Positions 53,353 through 61,322 of a DNA stretch of 64,000 bases are shown here, piece by piece; positions within the stretch are counted from its first letter, which is position 1; every line of letters begins with the position of its first letter. The stretch is from an uncultured Gemmatimonadales bacterium. GTDB lineage: Bacteria; Gemmatimonadota; Gemmatimonadetes; Gemmatimonadales; Gemmatimonadaceae. The notes under the pieces are model-generated. The model was not told the origin of the DNA. It saw nothing but the letters and a program-made list of their open reading frames with translations, and did no database searches. Location: assembly GCA_963701965.1 (NCBI GenBank), contig OY969695.1, positions 4,704,001 through 4,768,000 of the forward strand, read 5' to 3'. The position numbers and the translations under genes were made by a program.

Positions 53353-53845
53353 ATGGCATTCGACGCCTATCTCAACCTGCAGGGCATCACGGGCGAAGCG
53401 ACCCGCAAAGGCTTTGAAGGCTGGATCGAGATCGAGTCGTTCAGCTTCGGCGCCTCGAACCCCGTCAGCATCGGCACAGCCAGCACGGGCGCCGGCGCCG
53501 GCAAGGTGTCCTTGAGCTCCTTCAACACGCTGAAGCGCACGGATTCCTCGAGCCCGGTGCTCTTCCAAAAGTGTTGCTCGGGTCAGCACTTCGCGAAGGT
53601 CTCGCTGGCGTTGAACAAAGCGGGCGGCGACGCCGCCGTGAAGTTCTTGCAGTACGACTTCACCGAAGTGTTCGTCGACAGCATCCAGTGGTCCGGTTCG
53701 GGCGGGGGCGAGGAGACGCCGTCGGAGTCCCTGTCGTTCGCCTTCGCGTCGATCAACGTGACGTATACGCCGCAGAAGGTGACCGGCGAGGCGGGATCGG
53801 CCATTGTCGCCGGGTGGGACGTCAAGGCCAACAACAAGAATGTAA
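53353..53845 (+). CDS. hcp: Type VI secretion tube protein Hcp (orphan)
   Basis: YLNLQGITGE..WIEIESFSFG..GAGAGKV..KRTDSSSPVLF..PSESLSFAF..YTPQ..GWDVKAN. Probable extra base near 53839; as read, the ORF runs to 53904. Confidence 0.9.
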
Positions 53846-53920
53846 GCCGGGCGCCCGCACGGGCGCCTCATGGCCTGGCCGTCACGCTCCTTCCCGGGGC
53901 GTGACGGCTATGTTTTTGGG

Positions 53921-54583
53921 GTGATCATTCGGCCGGCTCCGGGGTCACCCCTGCTCATCACCCAGCCCGATCACGCGGCGCTGGCCGCGCGCATCATGGC
54001 GCAGTGGCGCGCCGACGAACTGCCCGAGTCGTCGCGCCGGGCCGACATCCTCCTGGCCGTTACCGAGCATGATGGCGGGTGGCTCGAGATCGACCATACG
54101 CCCATGCGAAACGACGCGGGCGAAATCCTGGACTTCATGACGGCGCCCGTCGAGATCCGCCAGGGCGTCTGGCCGCGGGCGGTGGCGCGGTTGGGCCACG
54201 CGCCCTATGCCGCGGCCCTCGTGGCCCAACACGCGATCCATGTCTATGCGCGCTACCGCGCGGATGACCGCTGGCAGGCGTTCTTTCGGGACATGGAGCT
54301 CCGGCGCGACGCGCAGCTGCGCGCGGCGGCGCCGGCAACCCCCGAGGAGCTCCTCGCCGACTATCGATTCGTACGCATCGGCGATCTCTTGTCGTTGACC
54401 TTCTGCGCGGGGTGGACCAATGCCCAGACCGATCCCTACGGCTACGTCGCGCGCCTGGATGACACCCGATTGACGATCGAGCCCGACCCGTTCGCGGGCG
54501 GTCAGGTGGCGTTGGTCGTGCCGGCGCGCGCCGTGGGTGATCTCCGCGCGTTGACGGTCACCGGGGTTGCGTCGGGTCGGTGA
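53921..54583 (+). CDS. DUF3891-family protein
   Basis: LITQPDHAALA..W, EHDGGW, DF, YAAALVAQH, GDLLSLTFC. Confidence 0.8.
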   Translation: MIIRPAPGSPLLITQPDHAALAARIMAQWRADELPESSRRADILLAVTEHDGGWLEIDHTPMRNDAGEILDFMTAPVEIRQGVWPRAVARLGHAPYAAALVAQHAIHVYARYRADDRWQAFFRDMELRRDAQLRAAAPATPEELLADYRFVRIGDLLSLTFCAGWTNAQTDPYGYVARLDDTRLTIEPDPFAGGQVALVVPARAVGDLRALTVTGVASGR

Positions 54584-55106
54584 CCACGCCGGTCGCTTGC
54601 CCGAGCGCGGCGAGCGCGGCGCGGAGAGTACGCGACAGGGTGTCGTCCGCCGCAATGGTCGCGCCGTCCAGTCCCCGGGCCAGTAAGGGGACCGCGACGC
54701 TGGCATCGGGTATGACGCGCGCCGACATGGTCGTGAGCGTCTCGACGAGGGACGCCTGGGCGTGGATGGCGCGGGGCAATGTGTTGATCAACGCCACCGG
54801 CTTCCCGGGAAACTCGAAGCCGCCGACGAGCCAGTCGAGCGCGTTTTTGAGTACGCCGGGCATGCCGTGCGCGTACTCCGGACTCGAGATCACGATGGCG
54901 TCGCTCGCGCCGACCGCGTGCCGGAGCGCGGCGACTTCGACGGGGACGGTGGCGCCGTCGAGATCGGGATTGAAGTAGGGCAGGCGGTCGAGTCGGTCGT
55001 AGCGCTCGACAATGACGTCCGGCGGGGCGAGGAGGCGGAGTGCGTCGAGGACGGCGGTGTTGCTCGAGCCTGCGCGGAGACTGCCGGAGATGGCGAGGAT
55101 CAGCAC
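54558..55106 (-). CDS. NADPH-dependent FMN reductase
   Basis: ISGSLRAGSSN, LPYFNPD, SPEYAHGMPGVLKNALDW. Confidence 0.92.
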   Translation of the reverse strand: MLILAISGSLRAGSSNTAVLDALRLLAPPDVIVERYDRLDRLPYFNPDLDGATVPVEVAALRHAVGASDAIVISSPEYAHGMPGVLKNALDWLVGGFEFPGKPVALINTLPRAIHAQASLVETLTTMSARVIPDASVAVPLLARGLDGATIAADDTLSRTLRAALAALGQATGVVTDPTQPR

Positions 55107-55192
55107 GACGCGAAAGATATCCGCGTCAATGGTGGGATCAGTTTATGCAGCGCTCGCGGTTACCTTCGTGTTCCTCTCCCGGGAGCAAACCC

Positions 55193-55699
55193 ATGGGCGT
55201 GCTCAATGAGCTCGGCAGCATTCTGAAGCAGTATCAAGGTCAGGCCACGGGCACGGTGCCGGCCGCCGAAGTCGCCACCCATTTCGACCAAGTGGCCACG
55301 GCCGTGCCGCCGGATCAGCTGGCGGACGGTGTCGCCCACGCAATGCGGTCCGATCAGACGCCGGCCTTCTCCCAAATGGTGAGCAGCCTGTTCAGCCAAG
55401 CGAACGGCGCCCAGAAAGCCGGGATGCTCAACCAACTCCTCGCCTCACTGGGGCCGAAGGCGGCTCCGATGTTGGCGGGCGGCACGCTGGCGGGTCTCGC
55501 CGACCGGGGCGCCACGCCCGAGGACGCGCAGAAAGTGACACCCGAGACGGTGCAACAGCTCGCCGATCACGCCCAGAGCAACGATGGATCGATCGTCGAC
55601 CGTCTCAGCGGCTTCTACGCGCAGCATCCCACGCTGGTCAAAGGCCTCGGCGCGTCGGCGTTGGCCTTGGTGATGTCGCGGATCTCGCGACGCCAGTAG
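55193..55699 (+). CDS. Hypothetical protein (possibly YidB-like, helical)
   Basis: GGAG RBS; MGVLNELGSIL..FDQV..RSDQTPAF..FYAQHPTLVKGLG. Confidence 0.7.
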   Translation: MGVLNELGSILKQYQGQATGTVPAAEVATHFDQVATAVPPDQLADGVAHAMRSDQTPAFSQMVSSLFSQANGAQKAGMLNQLLASLGPKAAPMLAGGTLAGLADRGATPEDAQKVTPETVQQLADHAQSNDGSIVDRLSGFYAQHPTLVKGLGASALALVMSRISRRQ

Positions 55700-56432
55700 C
55701 CGGGTAGCCCAGGCCCGCCGACACGGACCGGGCGGCGGCGGCAACCGCATGGCCAATGGCGTGCACCTTGGCGCCGGCGCGAAAGCGCGGGCCGCCGACG
55801 GTGAGCGCGGCGGCCACCTCCCCCCGGTGATTGTACACGGGGGCGCCGACGGCGACGACGTGATCATGGTGTTCGCCGTCGACCATGGCGTACCCGCGGG
55901 CCTGCGACTGCTCCAGTTCGCGCATCAGCACGCGCACGTCGGTGATCGTCGCCGGCGTGAACCGCTGCAGGGGCGGCCGGATGAGCGCGCGTTGCCGGGC
56001 GGGAGACGACCACGCCAGGAACGCCTTGCCGCCGGCGCTGGCGTGCAGCGGGGCCCGGCCCCCGAGGAGTCCGGGGATCATCAAGGGTTGATAACTCTCC
56101 ACGACCTGCACCGTGACGCCGGCAGCGCCGTCGAGCAGCATCACCGTCGCCGTCTCGCACGTCTCAGCGCTGAGTCGTCGGAGCACCGGATCGGCGATCC
56201 GTTGCAGTGTCGTCGAGTTCCGGGCCAACTCGCCGAGCACCGCCAGCCGCATCCCCAGCCGATAGAGGCCGCTCTGGGGGTCCCGGTCGAGAAATCCGGC
56301 GGCCTCAATGCCATGGAGCAGGCGATAGGCCGTGCTCTTCGGCCAGTGGAACCGGGTCGCGATCTCCCGGGCCGAAAGCTCCGGGCGCTCGTTGGAAAAG
56401 AGCGCCAGGACTTTGTTGAGTTTGAGCAGCAT
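55638..56432 (-). CDS. IclR-family transcriptional regulator
   Basis: HTH WPKSTAYRLL, YRLG, LHASAGGKA, RGYA, VGAPV. Confidence 0.92.
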   Translation of the reverse strand: MLLKLNKVLALFSNERPELSAREIATRFHWPKSTAYRLLHGIEAAGFLDRDPQSGLYRLGMRLAVLGELARNSTTLQRIADPVLRRLSAETCETATVMLLDGAAGVTVQVVESYQPLMIPGLLGGRAPLHASAGGKAFLAWSSPARQRALIRPPLQRFTPATITDVRVLMRELEQSQARGYAMVDGEHHDHVVAVGAPVYNHRGEVAAALTVGGPRFRAGAKVHAIGHAVAAAARSVSAGLGYPATGVARSATSPRPTPTRRGL

Positions 56433-56505
56433 CGGGCGACTAACGTACGAAGACCCGTGCCCCACCGCAACGGCCCGGTCCGGCGCCGGGTGCCACGCTC
56501 AGCCG

Positions 56506-56895
56506 CTACCGCGGCCGTACATAGAAGCTCGACATGTTGACGGCCGGCATGAGCTGCAGGCACGGTTCCCCCTCGGCGTCGACGTGGACGACGTCGGTCA
56601 CGTAATCGCCGCCTCCGCCGATGAGGTGCACGTACAGTCGCAGGTCACCATCCTCGAGCATCGAGACGGGGACTTGCACTGTGGTCGAGCTGTGGGCGAT
56701 CGCCCAACCAACGCGGTAGCGCTGTCCCACGCGTACCGCATAGATGTCGGCGTCGGCCATGTTCTGATTGTCGATCGAGACCGAGACCTTCGAGCCGAGC
56801 TGCAAGGGTGGACCCGTATCCGGTGCGCGCCCCGCGCATCCGAGCGTGGCGATGGTCAGAAGAGCAAGGCCGAGCGATAGCTGAGGGCCGAGCAT
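56506..56895 (-). CDS. Hypothetical lipoprotein
   Basis: Lipobox TLGC; VSIDNQNMADADIYAVR..RYRVG..LIGG. Confidence 0.65.
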   Translation of the reverse strand: MLGPQLSLGLALLTIATLGCAGRAPDTGPPLQLGSKVSVSIDNQNMADADIYAVRVGQRYRVGWAIAHSSTTVQVPVSMLEDGDLRLYVHLIGGGGDYVTDVVHVDAEGEPCLQLMPAVNMSSFYVRPR

Positions 56896-57010
56896 AAGCC
56901 CCGACTCCGGCTTGAGATGGGAGCGTGGGCCGCAATCGCTATACCCGCGCCGGCGCGCGCCGACGGTTCCGTGCAATTGGCGTGATGTCGCTCTTGGTCT
57001 ATGTTGTGGC

Positions 57011-57576
57011 GTGCACCGCGTACTCCGGCTCGCCAACCTCCTTCTCGCATCGCTGGGGCTCGTGGCGGGTGTCGCGCGTCCGGTGCAAGCGCAGGCCCGC
57101 GACTCGACCTACGACGATCACATCGACGCTGCCCAACGCGCCGACTCCGCGCGCGACACCGGCGCCGCCCACGCCCATCTGCTCCGCGCGTTGGCCCTGC
57201 TCCACGGCCACCCCGACATCGTGTAGCTGCTGGCCCGCAACGCCGTCCGCGGTGACGTGGCTCGCGCATCCGGATACGATCGCCGTGAGCGGCATCAATG
57301 GGATGTATCTCGTCGGCCACGCCCTGATCGCGATCCAGAACGGCGCCGACCCGGCGCGCATCGTCCGGCTCGATCTCGATGCGACGCTCCAACGCGTTGT
57401 CCGATGCACCCGTCATCGCGCGCGGCGCCAACTCACTCGGCCAACCCACGCACGGTGTGTTGGTGGACGGCGCGTTCTACTTTCTCGCCAACACCGGGTG
57501 GGACCGGTTTGGCGACGATGGCGCCATTAAGGGCGCCGGGACCCCCGCCCGGTTGGTGCGCGTCGACGAGCATTGA
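57011..57576 (+). pseudogene. Decayed secreted protein (SMP-30/gluconolactonase-like propeller C-terminus)
   Basis: Signal peptide, in-frame TAG at 57224-57226, jump at about 57250 to GINGMYL..LIAIQNGADPARIVR, and a further frameshift to PTHGVLVDGAFYFLANTGWD. Confidence 0.6.
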
Positions 57577-57606
57577 CAAATGCCGTGACGTGGTGAAAAT
57601 TCAGCA
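57573..57606 (+). promoter_or_regulatory. blaI promoter with putative operator GGTGAAAATTCAGCA
   Basis: TTGACA at 57573-57578; imperfect palindrome at 57592-57606 over the -10 region, repeated at 59983-59997. Confidence 0.6.
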
Positions 57607-57609
57607 CAC

Positions 57610-58002
57610 ATGGCCAAGACACGCGGGGAAGGCGCCCTCAGCCGGCGCGAGCGGCAGGTGATGGACATTCTGCATCGCCGGGGCGAGGCGACGGTCGCCG
57701 ATATCATGGACGAGCTGCCCGACCCGCCGACCTACTCGGCGGTCCGGTCGGTCCTGCGCATCCTTGGGCACAAGGACCTGGTCCGCTACAAGCAGGACGG
57801 GCCGCGCTACGTCTATCTCCCCGCGCTCCCGACCGAGCGGGCGCGGGACGCGGCGCTCGAGCACGTGGTCGACACCTACTTCGCCGGCTCGGCGGAGCAG
57901 GCGGTCACGGCGCTGCTCAAACTGTCGGATGCCGACTTGAGTATGCAGGATATCAATGCGCTGCGCGAGCAGATCCGGCGCGCGCGCGCCAATGGGAGGT
58001 GA
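57610..58002 (+). CDS. BlaI/MecI/CopY-family repressor
   Basis: LSRRERQVMDIL..ATVADI..PTYSAVRSVLRIL..KDLV..GPRYVY..VVDTYFAGS. Confidence 0.93.
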   Translation: MAKTRGEGALSRRERQVMDILHRRGEATVADIMDELPDPPTYSAVRSVLRILGHKDLVRYKQDGPRYVYLPALPTERARDAALEHVVDTYFAGSAEQAVTALLKLSDADLSMQDINALREQIRRARANGR

Positions 58003-58006
58003 TGCC

Positions 58007-59935
58007 GTGCCTGACTCCACCGTCGTGATGGTTCTGGGCAGGATCACGATCCTGCTCGTGTTGGCCTTTGCCGCCGCGACCCTGCTGCGCCGGTCGTCGG
58101 CCGGCGCGCGGTATCTCGTGTGGCTGGCGACCCTTGTCGGCGTCGTGCTCTTGCCCGCGGCCGCCGTGTGGGCGCCGGTGCGCGTGGCGGTGCTCCCGGC
58201 CGCCGTGGCGCCCTCACACGCGATCCGTCGGATGCCGGCTGTCGCCAACGTCTCGACAGAGACCGTGGCGGAGCCTACGGTCGCACCTGCGGTTGCTCCT
58301 GCGGCCCACGCCGCGCCGGCACGCCCGTCTCCATTCTGGATCCTCGGCGGTCTCTGGCTCGGGGCGATGCTGGCACTCGCCGCGCGATTGATTCACGGGA
58401 TGATCACCGTACGCCGGATCGCGCGCCGCGCGCGACCGCTCGAGACTCCCGAGTGGCGCGCCGCGCTGCTCGAGGTCTCCGATCGCTTGGGGCTCGAGGA
58501 GCCGCCCCGGCTCGTCCTGTCGGACGACGTCACGGTGCCGTTCGCCTGCGGCCTGCGACGGCCCACCGTCGTGTTGCCGGCGCCGGCCGCGGCGTGGACC
58601 GATGATCGCCGGCGCGCGGTCCTGTTGCACGAGTTGGCCCACGTGGGGCGCGGCGACATGATGGGACACCTGCTGAGCCGCATCGCCTGCGTGGTGTATT
58701 GGTTTCACCCGCTGGTGTGGACGGCGGCGCGGCGGCTGCGCGCCGAGAGCGAGCTGGCGTGCGACGATCTCGCTTTGCAGTCCGGGGCGCGGGCCAGCGA
58801 TTATGCGCAGCATCTGCTCGACATCGTGACGGGCATGCGTGGTCCGGCGACGCCCGCGGCGGCGGTCGCCATGGCGCGCCGCCGGGAGTTCGAGGGTCGC
58901 CTGCTCGCCATCCTCGATCCCGCCCGGGCGCGCGCCACGCCGAGCCGGATGCGCGCCGCGGCGCTGGTGGTGGGATTGGCCGCGGTGTACGGCGCGGTTG
59001 GTCTCGTGGTGTTGGGCCCCCGGTCCGCCGCCGCCGTGACGCCGCAGTCCGTGGCGATGACCGCGACTCCGGCCACGCCGGCGCGGCCGACGGCGGCTTC
59101 GCCCGCTTCGCCGCCCCCTTCGCCGGCCGCGGCGGCCCCACGCCCGGCGCGCGTCGCCAGCCCGGCGCGTCCCACACCCGCCCCGGTGGCCAGCGCGCCC
59201 GAACAGCCGTCGAGCGATTCGTCCGGCCGGCGCGTCACGCTGCTCGCCACGATCCTCCGGACCGATTCCAGCGCCGAGCTACGCAAAGTGGCGGCTTGGG
59301 GCCTGGAGCAGTTCGCCGAGTCCGACGCCGCCCGCGACGCGCTGGCCAAAGCGCTCCGCGGCGACGCCAGCGCCACGGTGCGCGAGATGGCGGCCTGGGC
59401 CCTGGAGAGCGCCAGCGGGGAACCTGGAACGTCCGCGCTGATCAACGCCATGACGAATGACCACGACCGGTCGGTCCGCTCCACGGCCGCGTGGGCGCTG
59501 GCCCACGAGTCGTCGCCCGCCGTCGTCCCCCTCTACGTGGCGGCGCTCCGGGACTCGAGCGCCGAGGTCCGCGCCACCGCGGCCTGGGCGATGGGGCAGA
59601 GTGATCTCGAGCACGCGCCACCGGGACTCATCGCCGCCATCGCCGACAAGGACCGGCACGTGCGCCTGGTGACCGTCTGGGCGCTGTCGCAGATCAAGGA
59701 CCCCGCTTCCGCGCCCGCGCTCACCGCCGCGCTGGAAAAGGAGACCGACGACGGCATGCGCGAGCATCTCGTCCGTGCGATCGCCTCAATGGGCGAAGGG
59801 TCTCCGGATGTCGTCGAGAAGTTGCTCGACTCTCCCGACCACGCCACCCGCGCGCTCGCCGTGCGCGAGCTGGCCGGCGACCACCAGGCCTCGGTGTGGC
59901 CGATGCCGTGGCCGCGCCCGCGCCCATTCCCCTGA
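58007..59935 (+). CDS. BlaR1-like M56 metallopeptidase with Pro/Ala linker and C-terminal HEAT repeats
   Basis: SAGARYLVW, VLLHELAHV, YWFHPLVW, ELACDD, DYAQHLL; (V)RxxAAWAL repeats; GGAGG RBS before GTG 58007. Confidence 0.92.
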   Translation: MPDSTVVMVLGRITILLVLAFAAATLLRRSSAGARYLVWLATLVGVVLLPAAAVWAPVRVAVLPAAVAPSHAIRRMPAVANVSTETVAEPTVAPAVAPAAHAAPARPSPFWILGGLWLGAMLALAARLIHGMITVRRIARRARPLETPEWRAALLEVSDRLGLEEPPRLVLSDDVTVPFACGLRRPTVVLPAPAAAWTDDRRRAVLLHELAHVGRGDMMGHLLSRIACVVYWFHPLVWTAARRLRAESELACDDLALQSGARASDYAQHLLDIVTGMRGPATPAAAVAMARRREFEGRLLAILDPARARATPSRMRAAALVVGLAAVYGAVGLVVLGPRSAAAVTPQSVAMTATPATPARPTAASPASPPPSPAAAAPRPARVASPARPTPAPVASAPEQPSSDSSGRRVTLLATILRTDSSAELRKVAAWGLEQFAESDAARDALAKALRGDASATVREMAAWALESASGEPGTSALINAMTNDHDRSVRSTAAWALAHESSPAVVPLYVAALRDSSAEVRATAAWAMGQSDLEHAPPGLIAAIADKDRHVRLVTVWALSQIKDPASAPALTAALEKETDDGMREHLVRAIASMGEGSPDVVEKLLDSPDHATRALAVRELAGDHQASVWPMPWPRPRPFP

Positions 59936-59982
59936 TGGCGAACCGGTAACGGCGTCACCCGACGCTGGCGCCTTGTCGTAGA

Positions 59983-59997
59983 TGCTGATTTTTCACC
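59983..59997. promoter_or_regulatory. Second copy of the putative BlaI operator
   Basis: TGCTGATTTTTCACC, 14/15 identical to the reverse complement of 57592-57606. Confidence 0.6.
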
Positions 59998-60014
59998 CGA
60001 CTCACGGAGTCCTG

Positions 60015-61322
60015 ATGCTGCCTGTGCTCGCCTCTCTCGCCCTGTGGTCCCAGAACGCGAGTGCGCCCATCGCGTCGTTGCTCGCGGCCGCGCACGGTGT
60101 CGCCCCGACGGTGTGCGCGCTGACGGCCGACGCCGTATGGTCCGGCAATCGGTTCGACGGCGCGGCACCCGTGACGCCGATCGGCGCCCAGGCCCGCGCC
60201 AACGTGCGCGACCTTCACGCCCGGCGTCTCGGCGACGCCAATGTGCGCGTCTTGATCGATAGTCTGGGGAGCACCGACGCGTGCGTCCGGGAGTTGGCGA
60301 TCCGCCTCGCCGGTGCCTCGCGCAGCAGCGTCGTCGCGCCGGCGTTGATCGAACGCCTGGCCTCGGCGTCGCCGGCAATGCGCGAAGTCGCCGCCTTCGG
60401 ATTGGGGTTGGTCGGATCCGAAACGGCCCCCCCAGCCGCGGTCGGTCCGCTGATCGGCGCCCTCCGCGATCGCAATGCGGCCGTCCGTGCCAATGCCGCG
60501 TGGGCGCTCGGCAACATCGAGGATGGCCGCGCCGTCAGGCCGCTGGTCGCGACACTCGGTGACGACAGTGCGGTGGTGCGCGAAGCCACGACGATCGCGC
60601 TCGGGCATCTCGACTCCGCGTCGGCGATTCCCGCGCTCATCGCCATCCTCCGGCGCGACCCGGTGCCGGACGTACGCCGCACGGCGGCCTGGGCGCTCGG
60701 CCAACTCGACGATGCTGGCGCCGATACCGCGCTCGTCGCCGTCCTCCAGCAGGAACGATCCGCCAGCGTCCGCGAGATGATTGTCTGGGCCATCGGCGAG
60801 CGGGAGGTGCATGCCGGGCCGGCCCTTGTCGGCGTGCTCAAGACCGACGCCACGGACGATGTGCGGGAGATGGCCGCGTGGGCCCTGGGACAAATCGGGG
60901 AGGCGGCCGCCACGGATGCGCTGGGGCAAGCGGCGGCGGGCGATCGCGACCCGAAGGTCCGCGGTGCGGCTGCCTGGGCCTTGGGTCAGATCGAGCCCCA
61001 CCCGGCACCCGCCGGACTGACGCACGCATTGGGCGACGCCGACGAGGATGTGCGCCAGCGGGCCGCTTGGGCGCTGTCTCAGATTGGCGACCCGCACACC
61101 GTGCCCGCCATCCAAGCCGCGCTCCGCCAGGAGCAGTCGTCCAATGTGCGGAAGGCGCTCGTGCGCGCGATGATCCGCTCGGGCGCGCACTCCGAAGAGG
61201 CCCTCGCCGATCTGCTGCGTTCGTCCGATCCGGCCGTCCGCAAGGCGGCCATCCGCGGCCTCGCCGGGGCTAGCAACGACCCGTGGCCGTGGCCCTGGCC
61301 CCGCCCGCGGCCGTTTCCGTGA
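60015..61322 (+). CDS. Exported HEAT-repeat (PBS-lyase-like) protein
   Basis: GGAG RBS at 60006-60009, short signal-like N-terminus, about ten VRxxAAWALG repeats. Confidence 0.88.
   Translation: MLPVLASLALWSQNASAPIASLLAAAHGVAPTVCALTADAVWSGNRFDGAAPVTPIGAQARANVRDLHARRLGDANVRVLIDSLGSTDACVRELAIRLAGASRSSVVAPALIERLASASPAMREVAAFGLGLVGSETAPPAAVGPLIGALRDRNAAVRANAAWALGNIEDGRAVRPLVATLGDDSAVVREATTIALGHLDSASAIPALIAILRRDPVPDVRRTAAWALGQLDDAGADTALVAVLQQERSASVREMIVWAIGEREVHAGPALVGVLKTDATDDVREMAAWALGQIGEAAATDALGQAAAGDRDPKVRGAAAWALGQIEPHPAPAGLTHALGDADEDVRQRAAWALSQIGDPHTVPAIQAALRQEQSSNVRKALVRAMIRSGAHSEEALADLLRSSDPAVRKAAIRGLAGASNDPWPWPWPRPRPFP

Noticed and set aside
35380..53867. REP-like repeat GGCGCCCGCAC(CG)GGGCGCC at about 35380-35399 and 53850-53867
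   Set aside because: Only two short GC-rich copies; compatible with chance or generic hairpins.
18478..57226. Amber (TAG) recoding suggested by in-frame TAGs at 18478 and 57224
   Set aside because: Both genes have other inactivating lesions, the residues expected at the two sites differ, and many intact genes here end normally at TAG.
59040..59220. Low-complexity Pro/Ala repeat-like DNA
   Set aside because: It is the coding linker of the M56 protein, not a tandem array.
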